A stretch of 64,000 nt of DNA, from positions 2,194-66,193 of the forward strand of contig JAEUSQ010000038.1 in NCBI GenBank assembly GCA_016788705.1. Reading direction: 5' to 3'. This stretch comes from Bacteroidota Order II. bacterium (GTDB taxonomy: Bacteria; Bacteroidota; Rhodothermia; Rhodothermales; UBA2364). Positions within the stretch are counted from its first letter, which is position 1. Each line of letters opens with the position of its first letter. The translations under genes and the position numbers were made by a program. Positions 41,015 through 51,099 of this stretch are shown here, piece by piece. The notes beneath the pieces were generated by a model. The model was not told where the DNA came from and did not search any database. It saw nothing but the letters and a program-made list of their open reading frames with translations.

Positions 41015-41791
41015 ATGCGAATAAAAAACTTAATTATAGCACTACTTCTTATCTCAAATAAAGTATTTGCAACACATCAAATACCAGATTATTTAATTAT
41101 CGGAAAGGATACCTTGCAAATTTATAGCAACCCTTTAGAGTTGTATTTCAAAAACAAGAAAAGACCTAAAATTTTTAACGATTCATGCTTTCTGACTTCT
41201 TGTTGGAGAGGTTACATAGCATATTTTAAGGTTCAAAATGACAGTCTGTTTTTAGTTGATGTTTATGATTGTTGTCAAAATGATAAAAAAATTGAATTGA
41301 GTAAAATCTTGACGGACAGGGACGTAAAGAAGCCAATATATGCAGACTGGTTTACAGGAATAATTATGAGTCCTTCGGGTAAATTACTAAATTATATTCA
41401 CATGGGTTACGGTTCTATTTATGAAAAAGAAATAGATTATTTTTTCAAAAAAGGTATATTGAAATATAAGAAAAAACATATAAATAGAATAGTAAAATCT
41501 GATTTTAGAGATCTGAATAATTTGAAACAATTTTTTGAAGACAGAGTCAATTGGGATAGTGTTCCTAAAATAGATACACTTACAAGAGTCTTCATAAGAG
41601 TAAAAGCAGATAGAAGAGGAAAAATTATACAAAAAAATATCCTAAAATCAGACAATGAGTTATTTAACAAAGAAGCATTAAGATTAATTGAAGAGATTGA
41701 CACGATGCCAGTACTTATAGTAAGAGAAAATATGTTGATTAATAGCTGGACATTAGCTGTTTCATTTGATCCAAGAAAAAGGAAAAAATGA
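41015..41791 (+). CDS. Orphan secreted protein in an AT-rich islet, C-terminal TonB_C-like domain
   Basis: Signal MRIKNLIIALLLISNKVFA. It is rich in K, N, I and F. The tail RVFIRVKADRRGKIIQKNILKSDNELFNKEALRLIEEIDTMPVLI....INSWTLAVSF follows the TonB_C pattern (G.v.v.f.vd..G.v....l.s....l..EAlR.i..m). Confidence 0.5.
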   Translation: MRIKNLIIALLLISNKVFATHQIPDYLIIGKDTLQIYSNPLELYFKNKKRPKIFNDSCFLTSCWRGYIAYFKVQNDSLFLVDVYDCCQNDKKIELSKILTDRDVKKPIYADWFTGIIMSPSGKLLNYIHMGYGSIYEKEIDYFFKKGILKYKKKHINRIVKSDFRDLNNLKQFFEDRVNWDSVPKIDTLTRVFIRVKADRRGKIIQKNILKSDNELFNKEALRLIEEIDTMPVLIVRENMLINSWTLAVSFDPRKRKK

Positions 41792-42152
41792 TATTTATAA
41801 TAAACAAAAACCAAAACCTCTTCTAAATTGCAAATGAAAATACGTAATTAATTTAAAAGAATAAAATCTATGTAAAAATTATCTTGATGTTATAAACTAC
41901 AAAAAATAGTAAGATTTTCATAAAAAATCCCTCTACACTTTCCACAGACTATTTAAAAACAAATAAATAAGTCATCTTCGAATCATTCTTAAAGAAAGTT
42001 TCCGTCATCCACTGTTGTAGGAATTTGTTTGCTTTTGATTTTGGGTTGATTTAGCAGAAGGAGAAATTGAAATAGCGTAAATATAAATCCGCTCGACGAG
42101 CAATTGATCGGGTGAATGGTGCAGTTGCGGGGCAAGCGACGACTAACGATTA

Positions 42153-42644
42153 TCACGGGGCGCATTTCAACTGACCAAAGCAATTTTCCATGTCTTTTTT
42201 AGTGCGGAGGTGCTGAATGATTTGCGCCATCTCGTCCGGACGCAAGCGAGGTCTTTGAGAAGAGTCCCCCGACTGCTGTGCCACCAGACGCGGGTACCAA
42301 TCGCCTGCCTTTGGCAAATCTCCGGTATAACGCGGAATAAGGTGTAGGTGTAGGTGCTCCACGGTTTGTCCGGCAGAGCGGCCATCCTGAATGGTCCAAT
42401 CGCAGCCATCGGCATGGAAGCAAGTCATAATAAAAGTGGCCATTTGGCGTGCAAAATCCCAGAATCCCACCCATTCATCCGCGCTTAATTCCGCAATACG
42501 TACCACGTGCCGTTTGGGAATTACCAAAGTATGGCCCGGTAAGATCGGCGACAAGTTATAAATAGCCCTGCAAGTTGCATCTTCTGCAAAAACAACGTTC
42601 TCCACTATTGGTGAACAAAACGGGCAAGGGACTGTTTCGGCCAT
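42153..42644 (-). CDS. HIT-family (Hint-like) nucleotide hydrolase
   Basis: From the ATG at 42644: MAETVPCPFC...PILPGHTLVIPKRHV...HLHLHLIPR (histidine triad). The ORF-track start at 42875 would overlap the upstream gene by 146 nt. Confidence 0.85.
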   Translation of the reverse strand: MAETVPCPFCSPIVENVVFAEDATCRAIYNLSPILPGHTLVIPKRHVVRIAELSADEWVGFWDFARQMATFIMTCFHADGCDWTIQDGRSAGQTVEHLHLHLIPRYTGDLPKAGDWYPRLVAQQSGDSSQRPRLRPDEMAQIIQHLRTKKDMENCFGQLKCAP

Positions 42645-42729
42645 ACGATTCGGTCTTTTGTGGGATTGATCATAACCAAAACGGAGACCTTGTGAGCCTC
42701 CGTATAAACCATCATATTTTTTGGTCCGA

Positions 42730-45615
42730 TTACTGTTGCAAGGTATCGGGCAGGCTTCGTAAGGTATCGTCGGTGGCACGTTCTTGCTCTTCTTGATACC
42801 GCTTGGATTCCTCGAACAAGTCTTTGAGTTGTTTGGCGTCCATACGGTATTCCTCGTTTTGCAAGCCAAGTTCACGCATCAATCGTTGTCCATATTGTGC
42901 AGCTTTGTCGAATTGCCCACCAATCATATAGGTCCGCCAGATTTGTTCAGCATAGAGTTGGGCTCTTTCTACGTCTGTACCTGTTTTGTATTGCCGGATG
43001 GCCATGTTCTCTGCGGTATGCATCATTTCATCGGCGCGCTTGGTTTCTCCCAGTTTGCGGTACGTTTCCGAAAACAGGTAGGTGGAATAGAAGTCTGGAG
43101 GGATCACTTTTGGATCTACCTGCTTCGCCAGTCGCTCTACCACTTGTTTTGCCTCAGCTGTTTTACCGGAGCGAATCAATTGGTCTGCCAACTGTAGGAA
43201 AAGCGTCCGGTAGTTATCCGTCATGCCCCGAATATTTTCGTCGAAGTAGATATTGGGGTCGTTTAGACCCGTAAAACGGAACTGTGCTGTCCGCCGGAGC
43301 ATGACATCTGGTACCACCCGTCCTTGGGATTCATTGTGCTGAATAGGGACGACCCTTGTAGCCAACCCTTCTAACTGAAGGTAATCTTCCAAATTAACCA
43401 AGCCATCTGGTGCAACAGTGACCGCAAAATAGATGGGGCGTTTCCAACCTTGCTCGGCATTGGTTTTGATCACATCTAATACCGCCTGATCATTTGGATA
43501 CAAGAGGCTGATTTCTTCGGAGTATGGATGTCCTTTTACGGTCCATTCCATCTTTGCAGGTGCCTGTAGCGAGTCTGCCATGGCATGATAGAAAACCCCG
43601 CCAGATTGGAAAAGGCTTGGATTTACTGGAAGAGATACCTTCTGCCCCCCCCCTTCAATGGGCTGGATGTCTATGGCGTCTATGGCTGCATCGGTCATAG
43701 AAATGGGCAAAGGCGCCGCATGATGAGACTTTTGGTTTTTTAATTGTCGGATGTACCACGGTGTTTGTAGCAACGAGAGGTTGACAACGCGGACATCGCG
43801 TCGGACCCCTTCCACTTCTTGCAGATACCAAAGCGGGAAGGTGTCGTTATCGCCATTGGTAAAAATAATGGCATCTTTTTCAAGAGAATTCAACATATTC
43901 CAGGCATAATCCCATGCCACACGTTCGCCTTTTCGGTTGTGGTCGGCATAGTTTTCCATGAGCATATGGCCCGGTACGGCAACAAAACAAACCGCCAGAA
44001 TGGCCCCTGCTACGCCAGTTTTGGCAGAGGAGGCAAAATTTCTAAGGGCCTGCCCGGCCAATTCGATCAATCCCGTCGCACCAATTCCGATCCAGAAGGC
44101 AAAAGCCCAAAAACTGGCTACATAGGCATAGTCGCGCTCCCGTGGCTGCATTGGGGTTTGGTTCAGGTAGAGGATAATGCCAATTCCGGTAACGAAAAAT
44201 AAAATCCCCAACGCAAAAGCCCGTCGCCAGTCTTGTTTAATGTGCCAGCCCAGCCCGATTAATCCCAACAAAAGCGGCAGCCCATAAAGAGCATTGTGCG
44301 ATTTTTTCTCGCTGGGGGTTTGCATGTTGGCTTCGATATTTGCATCCGGAAAAGCAATCCAAGGAGCGCCTTGGAAGTCTCCGGCTTTCCCCGCAAAATT
44401 CCAGAGGAAATAACGGATATACATATGATTTACCTGATACCGCCAGAAAAAGTCCCAATCTGAGTCGAACTGTGCATAAAACCGGATATGTTCTTGGCTT
44501 TGATCTGACCACCGACGTGGGAAAAGTTTGTTCTTTTCTGGGTCTATGGTTCCCGTGTTGTTGTCGTAAGAAGCGCCCGTAAGCAATGGCGTTCTGCCAT
44601 ATTGTTCGCGTTTCAGATACGAGACGATGGCATCCACCGTTTCGGGGTCATTTTCATCAATTGGTGGATTCGCGGCACTGCGAATGAATATCAGGGCATA
44701 GGTGGAGTATCCAATAATCACCAACAACAAACCAATACTAAATAAATTAAGCAATTGTTTTTTATTGATATGAGAGTAGTAAACCAATGCAGCTACCGCA
44801 AAAGGTACAACCAACATCACAAGCCCTGGTGCGCCCGAATTGCCCGCAAAAGAGGGCAGGCTTTGGATGATTCCCGGATAAATGATAAAGAAAATGATCG
44901 AAGACAAAAGTCCTGTGATAAGAATGCCTTTGAATCGCCTCCCATTGGTAAACTCCGGCTTGTCGAATTTTTCGTAGTACACCAACAGGCCCGTAAAAAA
45001 GATAGCCAATAAATTCAGCAAGTGGACCCCGGTGGCCAGTCCAAATAAGTATGCAATCAGCAAAAGCCATCGGGAAGAAACCCCACCGAGTTGCCCACCT
45101 AATTTTTGTTCATCGCGGCGTACTTGGTCCACCCATTTAAAGGTTAACCAAACCACCAAAGCGGTGAAAAACATAGAAATGGCATATACCTCGGCTTCCA
45201 CCGAGTTGAACCAGTGCGAGTCGGTGACGGTAAAGGTAAGGGCTGCTATAAGACCGCCACCCAATCCTGCCACCAAGTCCAGACCTTCCCAATCTTCAAG
45301 ACGTCCTTTCCACTCTTCGATCATCCGGGTGACAATCAGATACGTAAGCAAGGCAGTTCCGGCAGAAGAGAGAACCGAGATCAAGTTGACGCTCCATGCA
45401 ATTTGGGAAGCCGGCATAAACATGGAGAAGAGCCGTCCGATAAGCATATAAAAAGGTGCACCGGGCGGGTGTGAGACCTGTAAACCATGACCAATGGCAA
45501 TAAACTCGCCACAGTCCCAGAAGGACACAGTATCGGCCATCGTTAGAAAATAGACCACAAATGCGTATAAGAAGGAAAATCCGGCGGCAATCCGATGCAT
45601 TAAACGGGCATTCAT
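42730..45615 (-). CDS. DUF2723-domain polytopic protein (GT-C-like) with C-terminal TPR-like region
   Basis: The N-terminus TVSFWDCGEFIAIGHGLQVSHPPGAPFYMLIGR is the DUF2723 signature. It has many TMs and a helical-repeat C-terminus. Confidence 0.8.
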   Translation of the reverse strand: MNARLMHRIAAGFSFLYAFVVYFLTMADTVSFWDCGEFIAIGHGLQVSHPPGAPFYMLIGRLFSMFMPASQIAWSVNLISVLSSAGTALLTYLIVTRMIEEWKGRLEDWEGLDLVAGLGGGLIAALTFTVTDSHWFNSVEAEVYAISMFFTALVVWLTFKWVDQVRRDEQKLGGQLGGVSSRWLLLIAYLFGLATGVHLLNLLAIFFTGLLVYYEKFDKPEFTNGRRFKGILITGLLSSIIFFIIYPGIIQSLPSFAGNSGAPGLVMLVVPFAVAALVYYSHINKKQLLNLFSIGLLLVIIGYSTYALIFIRSAANPPIDENDPETVDAIVSYLKREQYGRTPLLTGASYDNNTGTIDPEKNKLFPRRWSDQSQEHIRFYAQFDSDWDFFWRYQVNHMYIRYFLWNFAGKAGDFQGAPWIAFPDANIEANMQTPSEKKSHNALYGLPLLLGLIGLGWHIKQDWRRAFALGILFFVTGIGIILYLNQTPMQPRERDYAYVASFWAFAFWIGIGATGLIELAGQALRNFASSAKTGVAGAILAVCFVAVPGHMLMENYADHNRKGERVAWDYAWNMLNSLEKDAIIFTNGDNDTFPLWYLQEVEGVRRDVRVVNLSLLQTPWYIRQLKNQKSHHAAPLPISMTDAAIDAIDIQPIEGGGQKVSLPVNPSLFQSGGVFYHAMADSLQAPAKMEWTVKGHPYSEEISLLYPNDQAVLDVIKTNAEQGWKRPIYFAVTVAPDGLVNLEDYLQLEGLATRVVPIQHNESQGRVVPDVMLRRTAQFRFTGLNDPNIYFDENIRGMTDNYRTLFLQLADQLIRSGKTAEAKQVVERLAKQVDPKVIPPDFYSTYLFSETYRKLGETKRADEMMHTAENMAIRQYKTGTDVERAQLYAEQIWRTYMIGGQFDKAAQYGQRLMRELGLQNEEYRMDAKQLKDLFEESKRYQEEQERATDDTLRSLPDTLQQ

Positions 45616-45684
45616 TCGGCTGGGGTTTCGGTTAGGGGATACAGGTTAATGGATTAAATTCGGTATGCTGGGCGTTAACGTCGC

Positions 45685-46239
45685 TTAATCGTGGTGCCAC
45701 GATGCACGAGCGCCTTCGATGGCATTTTTGAGTATTTCGGGCGTCGTTTCGCCATAATTGAACGCATAGGCCAATTGCCCAGACTTATGGAAGACCCAGG
45801 TAGTGGGCGTCCAAGTTACAGGCAATCCCAAAAAAATACGACGACGATGGATGTATTCATCCGAGTTTTCTAAGTCTGGTTGTACTTGTTCGGATACGGT
45901 TTCGGGAATCAGGTATCGGTTCATCACATCACGGGCACTTTTACCCTGATTCCAGAGGGTCACAAAGGTAAATGTCACGCTTTCGTCTGCTGCATACGTC
46001 CCAATGGCTTCATACCAACCAGATTTTAACTCGTTGATGGAATTTCCACACCACGGCGCCCAGAAGTGTACTACATGAATACCCTCTTTTTGGATTCGGT
46101 CTTTAACAAAAGACTCGGCAGGGGTGAGTCCTTCGGTAGGCATCACAAAACGTTTAACAGGCGCCTTATCTGGGATGGCTTTGGGTACACAACCGGCCAC
46201 CCCAATAAAGAACAGGCAGAACAAAAAAATCCGGTGCAT
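45685..46239 (-). CDS. Thioredoxin-fold lipoprotein (TlpA/redoxin-like) with atypical active site
   Basis: The ATG at 46239 gives lipobox FFIGVAGC. VVHFWAPWCGNS has only one Cys in the CxxC position (WCGNS). Confidence 0.7.
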   Translation of the reverse strand: MHRIFLFCLFFIGVAGCVPKAIPDKAPVKRFVMPTEGLTPAESFVKDRIQKEGIHVVHFWAPWCGNSINELKSGWYEAIGTYAADESVTFTFVTLWNQGKSARDVMNRYLIPETVSEQVQPDLENSDEYIHRRRIFLGLPVTWTPTTWVFHKSGQLAYAFNYGETTPEILKNAIEGARASWHHD

Positions 46240-46326
46240 TGATGCTTGTTTTGGGCGCAAAGTGTAAAAGATAAGGGAAAATCGGTCACTTTTTTGCAAA
46301 GGTAGGATAAAGTTCAAGTTAGACGC

Positions 46327-47490
46327 CTAAAACGCAGATCCCGGCGCTTCAAACGTACATTGAAAGTATGCGGCCACCGTCTGCGCATGGTCTGCAAAGG
46401 TGCCACGGGTTCCGATGTCGCGGATGACAGGGCTACCAAAGAGCAACAGAGGGACGTATTCTCGGCTGTGATCGGTGCTGGGGGTGGATGGATCGTTGCC
46501 ATGATCGGCGGTGATACACAAGCGTGCCTCTTCGGGCAATACAGCCCGAATTTCCGGAAGAGCCGCATCAAACGCCTGCAAGGCCGCTGAAAATCCGGAT
46601 ACGTCGTTCCTGTGACCATATTCCTGATCGAAGTCCACGAGATTGGTCCAAATGAAGGCCCGTTCGCCCGTTTTCTGCATGTCCTGTATGGCTTCGATGG
46701 TACGGTTGATGCCTTCGGCATTGGACTTGGTTTTTCGGATTTCATCAAAGCCCACATTTCCAAAGAGGTCGCCAATTTTCCCGATGGCGATCGTCCGAAC
46801 GCCTTGTTTCTGGAGCGCTTCCTGCAAGGTGGTATGGGTAGGTAAATAAGAAAAATCTTTTCGCTGACCGGAAAGCCGCCGAAATGCACCCGGTTCACCG
46901 GTAAAGGGTCTTGCAATAACACGGCCTACGGCATGAGGTCCTACACACACTTCGTTGCGGGCAATTTCGCAGATGTGATAGAGGGTTTCAATGGGCACAC
47001 AGTCGGTATGGACAGCCACTTGAAAAACGCTGTCTGCCGAGGTATAAACAATTGGTTTGCCTGTTTTGAGGTGCTCGGCTCCGTACTTTTCGATGACGGC
47101 GGTTCCGGAGGCCACGCAATTTGCCAGCGCACCCGGAAGTTTGCAAAGTGATACCCACTTCGCCACAAGGTCTTCTGGAAAACCATCCGCATACGTTGGG
47201 AAAGGCGCATCCAACGGTAATCCGGCCAGTTCCCAATGCCCCGTCGTACTGTCTTTGCCTGCGGAGGCTTCCTGCATTTTCCCAAAAACAGCTTGCGGAT
47301 GTGGAACAGCCGGAACACCCGTCAGTGAAGCAATATTGCCTAAACCTGCCGCCGTGAGATTGGGCAAGGCGGGACGTGCCAACGTACAAATATGGCCTAA
47401 TGTGTTGGAGCCTTCATCTCCATATTCATGGGCGTCGGGTGCTTCGCCGATGCCCACACCGTCCAAAACGATTGTGATCCAGATAGACAT
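46327..47490 (-). CDS. deoB: Phosphopentomutase
   Basis: IVLDGVGIGEAPDA...GSNTLGH, DFDQEYGHRND and ITADHGNDP are DeoB metal-site motifs. Confidence 0.93.
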   Translation of the reverse strand: MSIWITIVLDGVGIGEAPDAHEYGDEGSNTLGHICTLARPALPNLTAAGLGNIASLTGVPAVPHPQAVFGKMQEASAGKDSTTGHWELAGLPLDAPFPTYADGFPEDLVAKWVSLCKLPGALANCVASGTAVIEKYGAEHLKTGKPIVYTSADSVFQVAVHTDCVPIETLYHICEIARNEVCVGPHAVGRVIARPFTGEPGAFRRLSGQRKDFSYLPTHTTLQEALQKQGVRTIAIGKIGDLFGNVGFDEIRKTKSNAEGINRTIEAIQDMQKTGERAFIWTNLVDFDQEYGHRNDVSGFSAALQAFDAALPEIRAVLPEEARLCITADHGNDPSTPSTDHSREYVPLLLFGSPVIRDIGTRGTFADHAQTVAAYFQCTFEAPGSAF

Positions 47491-47593
47491 GGTTGGTCCG
47501 TAATTCGTTTAGGGTATAAAATGGGGTTGGATAAGATACGCAAAAAAAGTTTCTGGGAACGCATGACTTCTCCAAAACCTACCTACAGGAAGA

Positions 47594-47625
47594 TCAAAAA
47601 GAAGCGGCGAGGTTTAAAACGCCGC
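47594..47625 (-). terminator. Rho-independent terminator after birA (minus strand)
   Basis: GCGGCG (47604-09) pairs with CGCCGC (47620-25). On the minus strand TTCTTTTTG follows. Confidence 0.65.
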
Positions 47626-47655
47626 AAATACTTATGGAATGGGCCAGATGCCTTT

Positions 47656-48435
47656 TTATGTTGGGGGCTGGAGTGGATTTTCTGCGGTTGTATAAAAATC
47701 CGACAAACTCACTTCACCCGCCACAAAAACCCGAATTCCCCCTTTTTCCATCACCATTAGATGCCCTCTTTCATTTACACCTGCCAAAATGCCCTGATGT
47801 ATGACTTCTTGGCCCTCGCGAAGGGTGATTCGCTCTCCCAATCCCGCCAAGGTTGCCAAATAGCGCCGCCGTACATCCGAAACGCCTTGTTGATACAAAT
47901 GGTGCAGATGGGTTTCTAAAGAGTTCAGTATGGAACCCAACAGCACTTCTCGATCGAAGATTTTGCCGGAAAATATGGCCAGTGAGGTTGCTTTTTGGTG
48001 CAATGCCTCGGAGAATGAAGATTGGTTCACATTCAAGCCAATCCCTAAAATAAGGGCATCGGTTCCACTGATGGTTTCTATAATCATACCGCAAACCTTT
48101 TTTCTGGCCAATAACACATCGTTTGGCCACTTGATTTGTACAACGTCTGGAGGCAAAATCTCCGAGAGGGCTTCCGAAACGGCCACTGCCGCCACCAGTA
48201 CCACTTGTCCATAGTCTTCTGGCTTCATTACGGGTCTTAGAACCAGTGAAAACATAAGATTATGCGACAAATCAGAATCCCATGCACGCCCCAAACGGCC
48301 TCTTCCGGCGGTCTGGAAATCCGTAGAAACCACGGCACCCTCCGGCGCACCAGTCTTTGCCCACTCTGCGGCCAGCAGGTTGGTGGACGTGCAAATTTCA
48401 ATGTGTTTCCGATGGGTTCCAAAGGGGTTTGGCAT
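47656..48435 (-). CDS. birA: Biotin--[acetyl-CoA-carboxylase] ligase (no N-terminal HTH)
   Basis: STNLLA..., QTAGRGRLGRAWDS, KWPNDVLL..KKVCGMI. I chose the ATG at 48435; the ORF-track start at 48462 is a TTG. Confidence 0.85.
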   Translation of the reverse strand: MPNPFGTHRKHIEICTSTNLLAAEWAKTGAPEGAVVSTDFQTAGRGRLGRAWDSDLSHNLMFSLVLRPVMKPEDYGQVVLVAAVAVSEALSEILPPDVVQIKWPNDVLLARKKVCGMIIETISGTDALILGIGLNVNQSSFSEALHQKATSLAIFSGKIFDREVLLGSILNSLETHLHHLYQQGVSDVRRRYLATLAGLGERITLREGQEVIHQGILAGVNERGHLMVMEKGGIRVFVAGEVSLSDFYTTAENPLQPPT

Positions 48436-48572
48436 GGGAAAATGGAGGATTCGGTGATCCAATACTTGAACAGCAGGCTTTATTTAGTAGAATATACCCA
48501 GTGAAGTTGGTGAGGGTGCTTGCATTACGTTATCTTCATACGATTTATTCATCCCTTGATCCCCGCAAACAC

Positions 48573-50030
48573 ATGTCTCAAGAGTTTAAAAAAAGCCTTA
48601 CGCTCTTTAGCCTCACCATGATCGCCATTGGTGCGGCCATTGGGAGCGGTATTTTTCGTGCTGCCGGAACCAAAGTAGGGGCTTTCTTGCCCGATCATAC
48701 CCTGATTATTGGGGTTTGGTTGCTTGGCGGCCTCGTTACTCTTACGGGTGCCCTCACCTTTGCCGAGTTAGGAACACTCTTCACCAAGCGCGGCGGCATG
48801 TACGTGTATATCCGAGAAGCTTTTGGAGACCTTGCCGGATTTTTGTACGGTTGGTCTCTACTTGTGGTGACAAATACGGGTTCCATTGCCGGATTGGTTG
48901 TTGTGTTTACGGATTTTTTGAAATATGTGGTACCCATTCCGCAAGAGGTCTTGTTTTCACTCGGCCCGATCCAGGTGACGGTGCCCCTGATCATCCAGAT
49001 CGGAACCCTGATTGTCCTTACCCTGATTAATGTCTTTGGTGTAGATTTATCCAAGCTCTTTACCAATGTCTTTACCACGACCAAATTGGTGGGTATTGCG
49101 GCCGTGATTGTCATTGGCCTATTTTTTATTCCAGATCCCAACCTTACCGGAGCCATGTTGGATCAGGTAAGATCTGCTGGCGCAGTCCAACCTTCTATGC
49201 CTGTCGGCTTTGGCATCGTAACGGCCATGCTTACAGGCTTGGTTGGGGTGTTGTGGTCTTATGGCGGTTGGCAACATACCACGTTTGTGGTGGGCGAAGC
49301 CAAAGATCCCTCTCGAACCGTACCGCGTGCCATGATCATCGGGGCCATTGTGATCACCACCGTTTATTTATTAATTAATGTGGCCTATCTCAAAGTGCTG
49401 CCCATGGAAATCGTAACGCAGTCTAAACAAATTGCTGCCGATATGGTCTCGGTGGTATTTCCGGGGGCGGCCAAGTGGATTTCTTTGTTGATCTGTATTT
49501 CGGTTTTAGGGACAACGGGGATTTATATTTTGTCTTGCCCGCGTATCTATTTTGCAATGGCGGACGATGGGTTGTTCTTCAAAAAACTTGCCGAGATCCA
49601 TCCTTCTTACAAAACGCCTGCCAATGCCATCGTCATTCAATCCATCTGGGCCATTGTCCTCCTCCTTTTCTGGGGTGCATTCGAGAACCTGATAGATTAT
49701 GTGACGTTTGTGGACTGGATTTTCTATGGCCTTACGGGTCTCTCGGTTTTTGTCTTCAGGAAAAGATTGGCCGATGCCGCCCGCCCTTATAAAGTACCGC
49801 TATACCCACTTATTCCGGCCTTTTTCTGCATCGTCGCATTTGCTTTTGTCCTTAATTCCCTAATTGTGAATCCAGCCAAGAAATTTGCCGAAGCGGGTAC
49901 ATATTTTGGCAATGGCGAATGGGGAAGCGCGCTCTTTAGCCTCTTAAATACCGAACCTGTGGCGGGGCTTATCCTGCTTTCCATCGGAACGTTGGTGTAC
50001 TTTAAGGCTTGGCGCAAAACGAATGCATAA
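48573..50030 (+). CDS. APC-family amino acid permease
   Basis: The ATG at 48573 gives MSQEFKKSLTLFSLTMIAIGAAIGSGIF (APC N-terminal motif). About 12 TMs. The ORF-track extension overlaps birA. Confidence 0.85.
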   Translation: MSQEFKKSLTLFSLTMIAIGAAIGSGIFRAAGTKVGAFLPDHTLIIGVWLLGGLVTLTGALTFAELGTLFTKRGGMYVYIREAFGDLAGFLYGWSLLVVTNTGSIAGLVVVFTDFLKYVVPIPQEVLFSLGPIQVTVPLIIQIGTLIVLTLINVFGVDLSKLFTNVFTTTKLVGIAAVIVIGLFFIPDPNLTGAMLDQVRSAGAVQPSMPVGFGIVTAMLTGLVGVLWSYGGWQHTTFVVGEAKDPSRTVPRAMIIGAIVITTVYLLINVAYLKVLPMEIVTQSKQIAADMVSVVFPGAAKWISLLICISVLGTTGIYILSCPRIYFAMADDGLFFKKLAEIHPSYKTPANAIVIQSIWAIVLLLFWGAFENLIDYVTFVDWIFYGLTGLSVFVFRKRLADAARPYKVPLYPLIPAFFCIVAFAFVLNSLIVNPAKKFAEAGTYFGNGEWGSALFSLLNTEPVAGLILLSIGTLVYFKAWRKTNA

Positions 50031-50035
50031 CAAAA

Positions 50036-50899
50036 ATGAATGTACAACCCAAAATAGGATTGGCTCTTGGTGGGGGTGGGATGAAAGGTCTTGCTCATTT
50101 GGGCGCCCTTTCGGTATTGGAAAAGCGAGGAATAAAGCCAGACTTGGTGGCAGGGTGTAGCATCGGGGCATTGGTGGGGGTGTTTTATGCCGCTGGAATG
50201 CCCGTAGAAGAAATCCGGCAGGTTTTTATGACCCAAGACCTGCTGGAACTGATGAGCATTCGTTTAGACGGAAAAGGCTTGATTGATGTGGATGGTTTGG
50301 GAGATTTTTTACGGTTTACGCTCCCTTATGGCCGCTTCGAGGACTTGCCTACGCCGTTCTTTGCCATGTGTACAGACATCGAGAAGGGCGAGGAGGTAGT
50401 GATCAGTTCCGGACAACTGGCGCCGGCGGTGTTGGCATCTACTGCTGTCCCCGGTATCTTTGCCCCAGTACAACTTGAAGATCGTTGGCTGATTGATGGC
50501 GGCTTGTTTAATAACCTACCCGTTCAAGTCTTGCTCGATAACGGGGCCACCCAAACCATTGCTGTTCGGCTGTTTAACCGCAATGATTGGCGTGTATTAG
50601 GCCCACAAGATACAGACGACGACCGAGACGGAGAGGTTTCATGGAAAGAAGCCATCAAACACCGCCTCGTGCGCCGAACCCCACTGGGTTTACGTGTTTT
50701 GGAACGTTCCTTAGATTTAATGATTCAGCAAGTGGAGCATTTGTATTTACAACTCGCACCACCCGATTTATTGATCGAGCCAGATGTACATGATATCAGC
50801 ATTCTGGGGTTTACCGAAGACCGTGACCCTATTTTTGAGCGGGGCGTTCTTGCTGCCGAACGCTGTTTTGTGGATGATCAGCCAAAGTGGTTAAGTTGA
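50036..50899 (+). CDS. Patatin-like phospholipase
   Basis: GLALGGGGMKGLAHLGAL (oxyanion), GCSIGA (G-x-S-x-G) and DGGLFNNLP (catalytic Asp). Confidence 0.85.
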   Translation: MNVQPKIGLALGGGGMKGLAHLGALSVLEKRGIKPDLVAGCSIGALVGVFYAAGMPVEEIRQVFMTQDLLELMSIRLDGKGLIDVDGLGDFLRFTLPYGRFEDLPTPFFAMCTDIEKGEEVVISSGQLAPAVLASTAVPGIFAPVQLEDRWLIDGGLFNNLPVQVLLDNGATQTIAVRLFNRNDWRVLGPQDTDDDRDGEVSWKEAIKHRLVRRTPLGLRVLERSLDLMIQQVEHLYLQLAPPDLLIEPDVHDISILGFTEDRDPIFERGVLAAERCFVDDQPKWLS

Positions 50900-51099
50900 G
50901 CGGGGGAATGGTTTTTTTTGTCATTGTTTAGACCATTGGTCTCTATGTGCATCCAAGACCAATAGCAGCTTGGGGATATGAGACATTGGCTTTTCGACAA
51001 AGTAGTGCCACGTCTGTCCTATGCGGCCCTTATAGACGGTTTCCGAAATCGTATAAGTTGCGCACCATCATCCGATACAACCTAATGGAATTATTGAAT

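Noticed and set aside
41989-42183. 64-aa minus-strand ORF at the right edge of the AT-rich islet
   Set aside because: It overlaps the HIT gene's 3' end, straddles the composition boundary and has no motifs. It is probably non-coding.
42645-42875. Long N-terminal extensions in the ORF track, for example HIT 42153..42875. Similar cases start at 7535, 20130, 22671, 36714, 46317, 48357, 50009, 50947, 60406, 61132 and 62406.
   Set aside because: The extensions overlap neighbouring genes or lack family-typical sequence. Internal ATGs give canonical N-termini, signal peptides or lipoboxes and sensible intergenic spacing.
50927-50945. Palindrome AGACCA-T-TGGTCT upstream of the deacetylase gene, with TTAGACCATT recurring at about 52037
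   Set aside because: It is a single short palindrome with 6-bp arms. The second occurrence is simply the C-terminal coding sequence (…KMV-stop) of the AhpD-like gene. The evidence is too weak to call an operator.
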